IMG/VR virus record: IMGVR_UViG_3300011336_000076
Location: 1-60,505 of that record
Source of the DNA: a virus
Taxonomy: Duplodnaviria > Caudoviricetes
Length of the DNA stretch: 60,505 nt
Direction: 5' to 3' (one strand)
Shown: positions 16,417 through 27,550 of the stretch, piece after piece
How the letters are laid out: every line of letters begins with the position of its first letter
Numbering within the stretch: the stretch's first letter is position 1
Notes under the pieces: generated by a model
The model's input: the letters and a program-made list of their open reading frames with translations, nothing else
What the model was told of the DNA's origin: nothing
The model's database searches: none
Program-made: the position numbers and the translations under genes

Positions 16417-19400
16417 AATCACCGTATGCTTCTGCGGCGGCTTGTTTTAAGTAGGGTGCTAACTTACGATCAAGCTGAACACCGTGGTGCATCTCGCGTG
16501 ATATGCGGTCACGTGCTTTCACTGACTGATTGATTGTCTTTTCACTGATACCCATCTCAGGGTATTTAGCACTTAAGTCAAACAACTTCTCACGTGCATC
16601 CATCATGCCATCGACATCACCCTCACGCATTGCCGCATAATATTTCTTCAGTGCGTTCTTCTCAATAGACCTAATTGCTTTGGCCTTTTCAGTCATGTAC
16701 GCATTCTCTTCGTACTGTTTCATCAAGTCAGCAGGAGCAAAGCCAAGCACTTGCATAGCGGCGTTGTATCCGTTCACATCTCCAACTGCATCACCACGTA
16801 AAGTGTTAGCGCCTTCAACCGCATAACGACCACCCTTCAAGATGTTACGGATACCGATAGGTAACATAGCTTCAATGCCACGCTCATACTGGCCCTCGGC
16901 AATCAGGTCTTTACCTCGCAAGATACTGTCAGCAATAGAGTACGGCGCACCAAGCAGAGTCTCCATGAATTGAGACAAGGCACTTGCATCCGCTTTGCTT
17001 CCCTTTTGCTCACGCCACAGCAAGTCAGTCCAACCCACACGATCCGCAATGCTTAGATTGGTAAAGTAGTTGACAGGGCCTTTAAACGCAAAGTCGCCAA
17101 GAAATTCACGCATGACAGTATCAAAGTCATCATCGTCTTTATCTTGGAACATGTTGTATGCCAACTCAGCGACCCAGTACAAGGGCATACCTTTGGCACC
17201 TGCAAACAGTGCAGACATGCCATACACACCCGCGAGTTGTCTACGAGCCGCTTTGATTGCCTCAAGTTGTTCACCAGTTGCACCTTTGATGGGGAGCGAA
17301 CGGTTCATGGTATCAAACAACATGTAGTACATGCTGAATGCAAAACGCTTAAACACCATCAAAACTTTTCCTACGTCACCCTGACCAAGGCTGGGGCCAG
17401 ACAGCGTACTGCCCGCGCCATGAGTGTATTCCACAAGTGCGATAGCTTTATCAATTGCTTTGGCTTGTTTCTCAGCTTCGCTCATCTTAGAGTTTTTAAG
17501 TTTGGCCATCTCCAAATCAAAAGCGGCAACTGCTGTAATTTCACGGTTCATGCGCTCGGCATGGTGGAACATGAAAGAACCTACCAACGTAGTGATACGT
17601 GCAAGTTTGTTTGTGCTGCCATAACCTGATGAATTGTCATTCTCAGAACGTAGTGCGTCACGTGCAGTGGACGTAACCAGCATGCCACGGTCTTTCATGG
17701 CCTCAATAAGACCTTTATATTGAGTGTACTGACCTTTGTTGACCCAGTTCTCAATAGAAGTCATGGCCTTTTGGCTAGATACATCACCAGTCAACTCAGT
17801 CACATTTTTTATGAGGCCACTGCTTGTGTAGAGTTTCATTGCGTTCTTCAACGCCGCATAGGATTCTTTAAACCCATACTCACCACCGAGTTGCGGGAAG
17901 ACAATCAACGGTGTCTGCAAAGTGTTGACCAATGCAGAGGATACGTTACCGGCAAGGTTGTAGTAAAACGCAGAAGAACTTGCAAACTGTGCCCAACCCG
18001 ACAGCGTAGGCTTCATTGCAAACTTTCGGCGATCTTCAAACTCTTTAATGAGTTCGTTGCCGTAGGTATTGGCATCACCCCGTGCAGTGTTGGCCGTTGC
18101 AACCATTTCCTTTACAAGACGTTGTAGTTCAGGGCCATACTGCATCCGGGCCAACTGACGTGCAGTGTTACTGCTAACGTGGTCAAACACATAAGCGGCG
18201 TTGTCAACATAACCACCAATACCAGTACGTTTCTGACGGCTCTTTAGGATGCTGGCTTCAGGCATGGCTTTGACAACAAGTTGTATCAAGTCATCAATAG
18301 CCGTATCCCCAGCGCCGTTGTCTTTCATGATCTTCATGATGTCGGCCAACATAGTGCCAGACGGTACATTACTAGCGGCCAGTTGATCGGCACGTGAGTA
18401 GGCATCAAAGTTTGTAGCACCACTGGCTTCTAATTTTTTACGCGCAAAGTCACGTTCAGCCTCAGATTCAAAGGCTTCTTTTTTGACTTCTTTACCAACG
18501 TTGTACTGCAACCAAAACTGGCCTTCGCGGAACAAAGGCGCGTAGTGGTCAATACGTACACTAGCGAGTTCTTGCAAAATCTTTTGGTAAGCAGATGCGG
18601 CCTTACCTTTATCACCCACCGTAGCCTCGATGTTGCGCTCCAGCGACTTTAAGAACTCTGTGTCAAGAGCTTTGTAGGTGGCAAATAGATCACGGTATAA
18701 CTTCTGGCCATTTGGTGTAAGTTTCTCAAACCGTGCATTGAGTTGTTTCCACTCGGCTTCTTTCTCAGGACTGCCGTCATAGAGTTTTTTGGCTTCTTTA
18801 TAGGGACGCACATCCACAGTCGTAGCGTCATGTACCAAAGTAGACCATGCCTGATACTCAGGGGTCTGTCTAAATTCAGTCAACCGCTTATGCAAGGGGG
18901 ACATGGCTTCAAGCAGTTTTTCTTGATAACCGGCCATTTCCTCAACCGTAGCGGCAAAACGCTCACCTAAATTACCCAAATATTTCTTAGAGACTTCACC
19001 CAAGGCAGACAAATTCAGTGCCTTGTAGTACAGCACACGGCGAATACTATCAATCTTTTCTGCGCCTTTCCAAAACGCGACAGCATTTTCACGGTTCATG
19101 ATAGGTTCTTTGCGGATGATGCCACCTATCTTTGTAAACATCTCTTGCACAACGTTGGGGTTATGCAGGGATTGCGCATACAAAGTTTCACCCTTACGTT
19201 CAACGGGTGGTGGGCTGATGATGTCGTTGAGCATGCGGTCAATCGCATCCAACGCAGTCGTATGTTTAGGAGGCAAGCGTAGCAACTGACGCACAGCATT
19301 AACCAAACGCTCCCAACCAGTGAGCTTCTCACCAGTGGGCTTGAACTGCTTCAACTGATTGCGGAACGCATCATTGCTCCACGCTTCCGCAGCGAACTCT

Positions 19401-22400
19401 TGTATATCCTTCGCACCATAAGTTCCTTCAGTGCCTTTCTTCATTTGATTGAAGAGAGTTGTGACCTGACGGGTAACGGGATGTGATGGGTTGTCCAAAG
19501 TGTGGGACATGGTTGCATGTGAAGACTCATGCAGAATTTCATACTCAGTAGCACCGTCACGTAGATAGATTGTGTTGGTCTTTGGGTCGTACATGGACTT
19601 CTCAGCACCATAAACGAGGTTCACGTTGCCAACCAGTTTAGATAAGTTCTGTGCAAAAAGTTCTGCTGTTTTAGATGAACCACTATCCGCCAGCCCTTGT
19701 AAAGCGCCTACCAAGTTATTGTCAGCAAGCTGTTGAAGAATCACCGGGTGAGCCTGTGTATGTAACGCCGCAAGGTCTGCATCAGCATTGAACCCACTAA
19801 TATCGGTGTCGGCAATGTCATCGAGATCGCTGTATGGGTCTTTCTCAGCCAACTGACGTGCAAGACGTTGCATTTGAGCTTTACGTTTGCCTGCCTCAGT
19901 CTTCGTACCTTTGGCTTCTGCAATCTCTTCTTCTGTAGGGGCGTACTCGCCTTCTGCTTCAGCGGCGGCGGCTTCCTCTTCAACTTGCACTTTGGTGGCT
20001 TTACGCAAAGTGGTTTGAGATTCTTGACGGCGGCGAATAGCTTTTGACCTTTGCTCTTCCTTTGTGTACTGCGCAATCTTTGCGTCCATGAACGCAACGG
20101 CTTCGGGAGACAGATTTGCGCGTACCCATGCCTCGGCGTTTTTAGCGTGGATACCGCCTTGACCTAAGAAAAATGCGGCTTCGGGTTTGGTATGGTACGT
20201 AGGTTCGGGTGTACCGGCAAATGTCCCCGGCTTCGACACACTAGGTAACTTCATTTTGGAGTTACGGTACGCAGTGGGTTGGCGCACTACATCATCGGCA
20301 ATTGCATCAAGCGCCAACTCAGGAGTTACTTTGCCAAAGTAGGCACGGGCATCCTTGGCGACCTGATCCAACTTGTTCTTTAATCCACCCAACTTTTGTT
20401 GGATAGCGGGCAGTTCTGCGGAAAAGTCAGGGCGGTCTAAGACGCTTCGTGCGGTAGTTGTTGCCGCTTGTCTTTGCGCTTCTGCTTGCTGGGTTTGAGT
20501 GGTCGTAGTGCCATCAGTTTTTGCTTTCGATTTTGGTTGTGGTTTTGACTCTTTGGTTAAGTCACTGTAAATAGTAAGTAACTCGGTAAACGCATTGTCG
20601 TTTTTAAGACCCAACAACTTGGCGATTGATTCAACAAATTTATCCCATGCGGTTGTGTTTTCGTAGCGGATACGGGACAACAAGTATTGGAAGTCGGGGT
20701 TAGACAAACCTTCGGCAATAAACTCTTGTGCGCTTGCAATACCATAGGGACTGCGGAAATTCTTGTCTGTCGCCGCCTGTTGTTCTACAACTTCTTTGAC
20801 ATGCTTGTACAGTTTGTTGAGCCGCTCAACTACAGGTTTTTGTTCCTTTGTTGGATTGGCAACGGCGTTCAATGCTTGGGCATGCACAATCTCATGCGCC
20901 AAAACACTTTCATCTTTAGCAAAATATTCTGGTACGCGGATTGTGTTTGTAGCGGCGTCATACTGACCCGCTACACCTTGTTTAATGGCTGAAGCAGTAG
21001 AAGTAAGACGGAGTTTGTCTTCCCCAAGTTGTTGAGTAGCACGTTCAAAAGCGTCTATAAGTGCTTTGAAATCTTCTTTAGTGCGTAGGTCAGTTCCCTC
21101 GGGCAGTCCAAGAGAAGTGAACATGCTGTTGTTGTTCTTAGCAATATCACGCAACCCTAATTTGCTAGGGTATTCTTTACCATCTTGAATTGCAGGGATT
21201 GAAACTCCTGAAATTTCATACGGCAATGTTGCGCCTTCTGGTAATTGCTCAACAGTGGGAGCCAACTCGCGTAACTTATTGAGAGCATCGAGGTGCATCT
21301 TTGCACCGTCAATTGACATCTGGTCTTCAAACGTACTACGGCCTTCGTAGGTCTCACCTGCGGTATCGTCGATTTCAATTTTTGTATCTAACGCTTTAGC
21401 ACGGCGGGCAACTTCTGCAACGGTTGCGTTTTTGCTATTTTCAAGGGCGGTAACTACACCGGCAAAGTCACCGTTCTTAGCGGCTGTTTGAGCAGGGAGA
21501 TTTACGCGACCACGCAACATGCCGGGGTAAGGTTGTACAGCACCAAGCCCTTTACCAAATTCAATTCGTTGTTGACGGTCTGTTAGTGTACGGGGCTGTT
21601 GTCCTTTTCCTCCAGTAGCGTCTGTAGCATTCTGGTCAGTAGAAACATCTCCACCTCCGACAGTTGTTTCATCGGCTGTGGAATTTTTTGTAGCAGTGGA
21701 TTTGCCAGCCATGCCAGCGCCTCCTCCACTTGGGGTGGTGTCAGGTCTTGTAACATCAGGTACTCCAAATGCAAATTGGCGGGTTTGTTCTTGCTGTTTC
21801 TGCTTGGTAGGGGAAAGCGTTTCGGCTTTCATTTCATCACGGGCGGCTTTGACTTCTTCAGGGTCAAAGGTGCTGATGACATCATCGTAGGCGGCAGGGT
21901 CGATGTTGCCCATGAACTCAGGGTTCTCAAGCGTTTGAATAAACTTGCGGCGACCATCAACCGTATCAAGATCAGTGCCCAACAACTGCAAGCCCACTTT
22001 AGATCGGTCAGACACCTTAAGATTTTTCAGGGTGTCAACTGTAACGGGATCACCGGGGGTGTTTGTAGCTACAGGGCCAAACGCAAAGTCACGTGTAGCT
22101 TGCTGTTGATCAGCACGTTGTTGCTCCAATGCGGGACTGTACAAACCACCAGTGCCGGAGGTAGGCGGCACAATAGAGAACGGTGCACCACGTTCACCGT
22201 ATCGCGCTTGGATTATTTCAGCATCAGCCTTCTGTTGCGCTTCCAATGCTTTGGCGCGATCCGTTTCCATCTTATCAATTTCAGCCTGAGTCTCTGCATC
22301 GGGTGTATAACCACCAGCGGGCCGCCTTTGATCCATGCGGGCCATCTCAGATTCCCGTGTGTCACGGAACGCCATAGCCAAATCAGACTCACGTTGTTTA

Positions 22401-23536
22401 CGTGCATTCTCAAGTGCAATGTCGTACTCAGCTTGTTTCTCTGGCGTAAGGGTGCCAGCCGCTTTTTCAGCGTCATACTGGGCTTGCAGTGCCGCTTCAG
22501 CTTCTTTAGTGCCAGCGTAATCTTTCTTGGCGGTCAAGCCTTGGCTTGTGCCGCTGACAGTACCAAACGCACTACCACCGATTGCACCCTTAACAAATGA
22601 TTCTTTATAACGTTGGATGTTCTCCGGGGAGAGCATGCCTTTAGTGCTCCCTGCAACTTGTTCAGCGGCTACATTGATAGCCTCTTGCGCTGCTTCGGTC
22701 AAACCTTCAGACCCCGCAGTTGTAGCGGCTTCTTTGGCAATGTACTTCCACACCTTTGGTGCGGCACCAGATTCTTTGGCCAACTTCTCAATGACCTTCA
22801 TCTTGCCGTAACCGCCAAGTTCACCCAACACTTTAGCCGGAACAATAGCGTCTAAGACAGAAGACAGACCACCTGCTAGGGCGGCAATCCCCGGCTCCAT
22901 CTTGTCAGTTTCTTGGTAGATGCTTTCAAATACTTCAGGTGCGTTTTGTGCAAATGAGCCAAGGTACACCCCACCATACATTGCACGTTTACCTGCAACT
23001 TCACCAGCCTTTTTGGCGGTAGCTTCTGCGGCGGCAAGTCCTGCACGGGATAGCGGGCCAGCTTCTAAAGCGGCACCCATAGCACCACGAGCGGCAACTC
23101 TACTACCCAAAGCACTGGCACCCATACCGGGGATCATTGCAGTCAAAGCCGTTGGGCCAAGTTCACCCAAAGTTTCCGCACCGTACTGCAATGCCTCGTA
23201 TGGGCTTTCAATTTCTGTGTATGACTTGAACTGCGCAGGGTACTTGGCTTGTAACGCTTGGCGTGAGGCATCGGCTTCAGCCATCTGACGTTGTGCATAC
23301 TCATCAAAGCCAAGCGCAGATGCGCCCATGGCGGGGAGGACATCCCCCAAGGCGATACCTGTTTCCCCCATGCCACGCATGAAGCCCTCTTTTAAGAGGG
23401 TGCCAATTCCTACATCTCGCTTTGGTATCTTAAAGTCATACTTTTGCGCAAGAAGGCCAACCTGTTTGTTTAATTCTTCAGACGACAAATTGTCATCGAA
23501 CCGTACTGGGCCAATCTTAGGTAGGGTAATGATCAT
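16415..23536 (-). CDS. large polyvalent internal virion/ejection protein with two zincin-like domains
   Basis: 2373 aa; HEIVH...QEFIAE and HESSH...QEFAAE; YAPLFREG (PLxRFG-like); last gene of the late arm. Confidence 0.8.
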   Translation of the reverse strand: MIITLPKIGPVRFDDNLSSEELNKQVGLLAQKYDFKIPKRDVGIGTLLKEGFMRGMGETGIALGDVLPAMGASALGFDEYAQRQMAEADASRQALQAKYPAQFKSYTEIESPYEALQYGAETLGELGPTALTAMIPGMGASALGSRVAARGAMGAALEAGPLSRAGLAAAEATAKKAGEVAGKRAMYGGVYLGSFAQNAPEVFESIYQETDKMEPGIAALAGGLSSVLDAIVPAKVLGELGGYGKMKVIEKLAKESGAAPKVWKYIAKEAATTAGSEGLTEAAQEAINVAAEQVAGSTKGMLSPENIQRYKESFVKGAIGGSAFGTVSGTSQGLTAKKDYAGTKEAEAALQAQYDAEKAAGTLTPEKQAEYDIALENARKQRESDLAMAFRDTRESEMARMDQRRPAGGYTPDAETQAEIDKMETDRAKALEAQQKADAEIIQARYGERGAPFSIVPPTSGTGGLYSPALEQQRADQQQATRDFAFGPVATNTPGDPVTVDTLKNLKVSDRSKVGLQLLGTDLDTVDGRRKFIQTLENPEFMGNIDPAAYDDVISTFDPEEVKAARDEMKAETLSPTKQKQQEQTRQFAFGVPDVTRPDTTPSGGGAGMAGKSTATKNSTADETTVGGGDVSTDQNATDATGGKGQQPRTLTDRQQRIEFGKGLGAVQPYPGMLRGRVNLPAQTAAKNGDFAGVVTALENSKNATVAEVARRAKALDTKIEIDDTAGETYEGRSTFEDQMSIDGAKMHLDALNKLRELAPTVEQLPEGATLPYEISGVSIPAIQDGKEYPSKLGLRDIAKNNNSMFTSLGLPEGTDLRTKEDFKALIDAFERATQQLGEDKLRLTSTASAIKQGVAGQYDAATNTIRVPEYFAKDESVLAHEIVHAQALNAVANPTKEQKPVVERLNKLYKHVKEVVEQQAATDKNFRSPYGIASAQEFIAEGLSNPDFQYLLSRIRYENTTAWDKFVESIAKLLGLKNDNAFTELLTIYSDLTKESKPQPKSKAKTDGTTTTQTQQAEAQRQAATTTARSVLDRPDFSAELPAIQQKLGGLKNKLDQVAKDARAYFGKVTPELALDAIADDVVRQPTAYRNSKMKLPSVSKPGTFAGTPEPTYHTKPEAAFFLGQGGIHAKNAEAWVRANLSPEAVAFMDAKIAQYTKEEQRSKAIRRRQESQTTLRKATKVQVEEEAAAAEAEGEYAPTEEEIAEAKGTKTEAGKRKAQMQRLARQLAEKDPYSDLDDIADTDISGFNADADLAALHTQAHPVILQQLADNNLVGALQGLADSGSSKTAELFAQNLSKLVGNVNLVYGAEKSMYDPKTNTIYLRDGATEYEILHESSHATMSHTLDNPSHPVTRQVTTLFNQMKKGTEGTYGAKDIQEFAAEAWSNDAFRNQLKQFKPTGEKLTGWERLVNAVRQLLRLPPKHTTALDAIDRMLNDIISPPPVERKGETLYAQSLHNPNVVQEMFTKIGGIIRKEPIMNRENAVAFWKGAEKIDSIRRVLYYKALNLSALGEVSKKYLGNLGERFAATVEEMAGYQEKLLEAMSPLHKRLTEFRQTPEYQAWSTLVHDATTVDVRPYKEAKKLYDGSPEKEAEWKQLNARFEKLTPNGQKLYRDLFATYKALDTEFLKSLERNIEATVGDKGKAASAYQKILQELASVRIDHYAPLFREGQFWLQYNVGKEVKKEAFESEAERDFARKKLEASGATNFDAYSRADQLAASNVPSGTMLADIMKIMKDNGAGDTAIDDLIQLVVKAMPEASILKSRQKRTGIGGYVDNAAYVFDHVSSNTARQLARMQYGPELQRLVKEMVATANTARGDANTYGNELIKEFEDRRKFAMKPTLSGWAQFASSSAFYYNLAGNVSSALVNTLQTPLIVFPQLGGEYGFKESYAALKNAMKLYTSSGLIKNVTELTGDVSSQKAMTSIENWVNKGQYTQYKGLIEAMKDRGMLVTSTARDALRSENDNSSGYGSTNKLARITTLVGSFMFHHAERMNREITAVAAFDLEMAKLKNSKMSEAEKQAKAIDKAIALVEYTHGAGSTLSGPSLGQGDVGKVLMVFKRFAFSMYYMLFDTMNRSLPIKGATGEQLEAIKAARRQLAGVYGMSALFAGAKGMPLYWVAELAYNMFQDKDDDDFDTVMREFLGDFAFKGPVNYFTNLSIADRVGWTDLLWREQKGSKADASALSQFMETLLGAPYSIADSILRGKDLIAEGQYERGIEAMLPIGIRNILKGGRYAVEGANTLRGDAVGDVNGYNAAMQVLGFAPADLMKQYEENAYMTEKAKAIRSIEKNALKKYYAAMREGDVDGMMDAREKLFDLSAKYPEMGISEKTINQSVKARDRISREMHHGVQLDRKLAPYLKQAAAEAYGD

Positions 23537-23539
23537 GGC

Positions 23540-25267
23540 TTATTCCGTTGCTTTGTACATATCGCTAAAAGATGGAATATTAGCACTGCCGCCTTGACCA
23601 GCAAGCAATGAAGGCATGGCATTTTCGCTGTACTTCAACCATTCTTGTTGCATAAACCGTTGGGCTTCAATTGGTGCCATTTTTTTGGCTTGCGCTTGCG
23701 CTTGTTGAAATTGCGGGCTGGTTTGGAAAGCGGCATACGCTTTTTGTTCCGCTGTAGCAAGAGCCGCCGCCGCACGTTTATCCCCCGCCGCAATTTGGCC
23801 TTTAAGGATATCAAGTCTTTCACGACCAAGCTGCAACTGTGCGTTAGCGGTTGCTGCACTTTGATTAAGTTGGTCTTTTTTGAGTCCTAACTCAGACAAC
23901 CCTAATATGCCTGATTGTTCCAAACTAGCTTTTTGGAAGTTACCTTGTTGTTCAATTTGTTGGCGTTGTATGGCTTGGCTATTACCGGCAGAAGCGGCGT
24001 TTAAATTTAAGTTTGTATATTTATACAAGTTATCAGCGGCGCGTTCTCCAGCCGCTTGAGCGGCTTGGTAGTTACCTTTCTTAGACGCAAGTTTCTGTTG
24101 CTCAAGGTTGTCACGGTAATCTTCTAATTTGTCTTTAGCGGCACGGTTTGCGGCTTCACCACGAATGAGGTCTTCAATACCTTGACTACCTTCGTTACCC
24201 AAAGCACCTGCAAGGGTGCGCTCTTTACTACCCGCAACACGCAGACCCGTTTTAATACCAGTCAAAGCGCGGCTAATCGCATTGTCTCTTTCAAGACTTG
24301 CTTCACGTTTGCCAAGACGTTCTTCACGGCTTTCAAAGCCGGGTCTGTCCATTTCTTCCAACGTTTTTTGCGTAAGATCAACGGCTGTCTTTGCATCCCT
24401 TTTTGCATCTTCCGGTAACTTTTTGGTAAGTGCATCAAGGTCGGTTAATACAGGAGCGGCAGCCTCTTTCATTGTAGGCAACGTAGGCATCTTGAAATTA
24501 CCAGCACCGGGGATTGCAGGGGCGGCGGGAGCCGCAGGAGGTTGTGCTTGCCCCTCAAACATTGAGCGGCGAGTAGCAGTTGCCGGGTCGTATGGCGTAG
24601 CCGCAGGTGTAGCTGTAGGTGCTACAGCAGGGGGAGTTGAGTCTTTACTAAACCCATAGCCCGGTGCGCTTACCAAAGTCTTCAAAGCAGTAAGAGGCAT
24701 ATCAACTAAAGCACTGCCAACATTACCCATTTGTTCGCCGTAAGACATTGTGGGCATGCCACGTTCTTTTAAGTCAGCCACCCGCGCAGCTTGCTCTGCG
24801 GCGGCGCGTTCACGGTTTTCCCTATTCATACGGTCATAGGGGGTTTCGTATGTGTAACCTTTGTTTTGATAACGTTCAACTTGACCACCATCTTCAAACG
24901 CAATGATGCCACCACCGGCATAAGACTGCGGCAAGTTAGATTGCAGAGCTTCAACACCTTGAGACTGATCCGCTTGAGCGGCTTGCGCCATAATTTGTTG
25001 AGCAATCGGGGGGCCATCTTGTGGGGGCTGTGGCATGCCAGCACCGGCAACGTTTTGCGCCATCTTGGCTTTAATTTCTGTTAACTTTTTGGTAAGTTCT
25101 TGAATGAGGGGAATTCCCACATACGATTTAATTGCACCGCTCTGAACACCCGTGATAAGGCTTCTCTGTATGGCTTGAATTTCGTCTGGGCGAGTTGCAC
25201 GTTTAGCCATTGCCGCCATAGAAGCGGCACGGCGTGACATATCGTCTTGTAGGCTATTGAGGCTCAT
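23540..25267 (-). CDS. putative internal virion (ejection) protein
   Basis: Ala/Gln-rich and helical; YAGGGIIAFEDGG motif; position in the ejection cluster. Confidence 0.65.
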   Translation of the reverse strand: MSLNSLQDDMSRRAASMAAMAKRATRPDEIQAIQRSLITGVQSGAIKSYVGIPLIQELTKKLTEIKAKMAQNVAGAGMPQPPQDGPPIAQQIMAQAAQADQSQGVEALQSNLPQSYAGGGIIAFEDGGQVERYQNKGYTYETPYDRMNRENRERAAAEQAARVADLKERGMPTMSYGEQMGNVGSALVDMPLTALKTLVSAPGYGFSKDSTPPAVAPTATPAATPYDPATATRRSMFEGQAQPPAAPAAPAIPGAGNFKMPTLPTMKEAAAPVLTDLDALTKKLPEDAKRDAKTAVDLTQKTLEEMDRPGFESREERLGKREASLERDNAISRALTGIKTGLRVAGSKERTLAGALGNEGSQGIEDLIRGEAANRAAKDKLEDYRDNLEQQKLASKKGNYQAAQAAGERAADNLYKYTNLNLNAASAGNSQAIQRQQIEQQGNFQKASLEQSGILGLSELGLKKDQLNQSAATANAQLQLGRERLDILKGQIAAGDKRAAAALATAEQKAYAAFQTSPQFQQAQAQAKKMAPIEAQRFMQQEWLKYSENAMPSLLAGQGGSANIPSFSDMYKATE

Positions 25268-25276
25268 AATTTAACC

Positions 25277-27550
25277 TTATCGTGGAGTCAAAGCGTTGTT
25301 CAATGCCAAAGCACTAACACCGGCTGTACCATAACCCGCCAATTGATTAGCAAATGTAGGCTGTGCTTGATACTGAGTTGTAGTCTGGCCGGGAACGGCA
25401 TAACCACGCAACAAAGCGTTGTATTGATTGAATGCAGTCATCGGCGCTTCTTGCGCTTGCGCGTAGTTCTGGATCGCTTGGTTGATGATCTGCTGTTGCT
25501 GACCTTGTTGCTGTCCACCAATCTGATTCTGCAAGCCAAGAATACCTGTCTGTGCAGCAAGTTGCTGTGTGCCAAGTGTACCAAGCGTACCAGCAGCTTG
25601 ATTAGCTAACCCGTAACCAGCTTGTTGTCCTGAGACACCTTGCAGACCAACTTGAGCACCCTGCATGCCTTGGGCTGTACCTGCTAGGCCGCGATCTGTA
25701 CCCTGAAGAGCAAGTTGACCGGAAGCCAAGGCACGATCCACACCTTGCAGACCAACTTGAGCACCCTGCATGCCTTGAGCAGTACCCGCCAGTTGACGGT
25801 CAACACCTGCCAGTTGACGATCTACACCAGATAGACCAACACCCGCACCCTGCATAGCGGCTTGAGACCCTTGGATGCCTTGAGCAGTACCAGCGAGTTG
25901 AGCATTGACACCTTGCAAGCCCATACCTGCGCCTTGAATGCCAGTCTGGTACGCTTGATTTGCGGCATTGATACCAGAGAGTCCGGCTTGCGCACCCTGC
26001 ATACCTTGCGCAGTACCTTGCAGTCCTGTCTGTGCGGCTTGAAGTCCCATACCAGCACCCTGCATACCAAGGCCATACAGATTACCCGCTTGGTTCAAGC
26101 CAGAGATACCCGCTTGCTGACCGGCCATAGCTTGACCAATACCTGATAACCCGAGTTGACCGCCTTGCAAGGCAGTACCTAGACCAGATTGCGCACCGCC
26201 CAAACCTTGAAGACCAAGATTGGAGCCATACTGCATGGCTTGAATAGCCTTGTCATAAGCGGCTTGTTGGCCTTGGGCACGGATCATGTCTTGTTGTGTA
26301 GCCAAAGCACGATTAGCTTCAGCGTTCTCGATAGCCTGACGTGAACCACCAAACGCACCTGCACGGGCGGCGGCAGACTTACGGCCTTGAGCGGCAATAT
26401 CAGCTTGACGTTGAGCGGCGGCTACTTGTACATCAGTCACAGCAGACTGATATGGGTTCATGTACTGCTGAACCGCATACGGATCAGTCATTTGACGAGC
26501 GTAATCCCGACCTGCGGCGGCTTGTTGGGCCGCATAGCCCCGTGCTTGCCCTGTAATATCTTGCCCTAACGATTCAGCGCGAAGACCCATACGACCGATA
26601 TCAGCGGCAGATTGTCCGTATTGTTGTGCTTGAGGAGCTAATGCGGCGGCTTGAGAACCATAACCTGAACCCATTTGACCGTAACGTTGTGCGGCATCAA
26701 GAGCTAATTGTTGGCCAATTTGGCCAGAGCCATATCCAGCTTGACCATAACCTTGAGCCGCATTTGCCAAGCCAGCGGCTTGTTGGCCCATGTTAGCGCC
26801 CATACCACCATAGTACGCACCGCCTTGTGTACCAATTTGTTGGCCAAGCAATCCAGATTGTTGCCCTTGCATACCTGCTTGAGCACCCATTTGTCCATAT
26901 TGAGCACCGCCTTGGATACCCAGTTGGCCACCTTGCATACCAAGTTGTTGACCCATCAAACCAGATTGTTGGCCTTGCGCACCGTACCCATAAGCCGCTT
27001 GTTCACCCATGGCGGCGCGTTGAGCCGCTTGTTGAGCCGCTTGCATACCCATCTGTTGACCCATCTGACCAGATTGGAATCCTGCGTTGCCATAACCTGC
27101 GGCTTGTCTGGCGGTGTCTAAGCCACCTTGAGCGGCTTGATTAGCGTAACCCGTAGCCTGATTAAACTGGCCGGGTACTTGTAAGTTGGCCGCGTTGTAC
27201 TGAACTTGTTGTTGCAAGGGGCTAAAGCCCGCTACGTACTTAGACGGATCAGTACTGTAAGGCGTAAACGGTTTGGTGCCGGTAATGTCTTCTCTAAAGA
27301 TTGGTTTACCAGCTTCGTCTTTCTCCCCAGTGTCAACTTTCTGAGTTTGAAATAAGTTCCTGCCCGCACCCATAAGCACGTTCTCAACTTGAGGACGTAG
27401 CCAGTCAGGCACATTAGATTGCGTAACTGTAGAAGAAGTTGGGCCACCACCGCCACCACCGCCATAAATAATACGGCCACCTTCTTTACGGGTTACGGAT
27501 TCACCAAGGGGTTCACCCATGGCATAAAGTTCTCGGCGGGAATAGCTCAT
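25277..27550 (-). CDS. Gly/Gln/Ala-repeat putative DNA-ejection (pilot) protein
   Basis: Leader followed by a poly-Gly run; YMNPYQ..V, GAFGGSRQ motifs; long QG repeats. Confidence 0.7.
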   Translation of the reverse strand: MSYSRRELYAMGEPLGESVTRKEGGRIIYGGGGGGGPTSSTVTQSNVPDWLRPQVENVLMGAGRNLFQTQKVDTGEKDEAGKPIFREDITGTKPFTPYSTDPSKYVAGFSPLQQQVQYNAANLQVPGQFNQATGYANQAAQGGLDTARQAAGYGNAGFQSGQMGQQMGMQAAQQAAQRAAMGEQAAYGYGAQGQQSGLMGQQLGMQGGQLGIQGGAQYGQMGAQAGMQGQQSGLLGQQIGTQGGAYYGGMGANMGQQAAGLANAAQGYGQAGYGSGQIGQQLALDAAQRYGQMGSGYGSQAAALAPQAQQYGQSAADIGRMGLRAESLGQDITGQARGYAAQQAAAGRDYARQMTDPYAVQQYMNPYQSAVTDVQVAAAQRQADIAAQGRKSAAARAGAFGGSRQAIENAEANRALATQQDMIRAQGQQAAYDKAIQAMQYGSNLGLQGLGGAQSGLGTALQGGQLGLSGIGQAMAGQQAGISGLNQAGNLYGLGMQGAGMGLQAAQTGLQGTAQGMQGAQAGLSGINAANQAYQTGIQGAGMGLQGVNAQLAGTAQGIQGSQAAMQGAGVGLSGVDRQLAGVDRQLAGTAQGMQGAQVGLQGVDRALASGQLALQGTDRGLAGTAQGMQGAQVGLQGVSGQQAGYGLANQAAGTLGTLGTQQLAAQTGILGLQNQIGGQQQGQQQQIINQAIQNYAQAQEAPMTAFNQYNALLRGYAVPGQTTTQYQAQPTFANQLAGYGTAGVSALALNNALTPR
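25635..25777. repeat. 38-bp direct repeat at 25635-25672 and 25740-25777
   Basis: ACACCTTGCAGACCAACTTGAGCACCCTGCATGCCTTG twice, 105 bp apart; encodes QGMQGAQVGLQGV. Confidence 0.85.

Noticed and set aside
21599-22600. 333-aa + strand ORF and the many other antisense ORFs in the track
   Set aside because: They lie opposite well-supported genes, lack RBSs and show shadow-ORF composition
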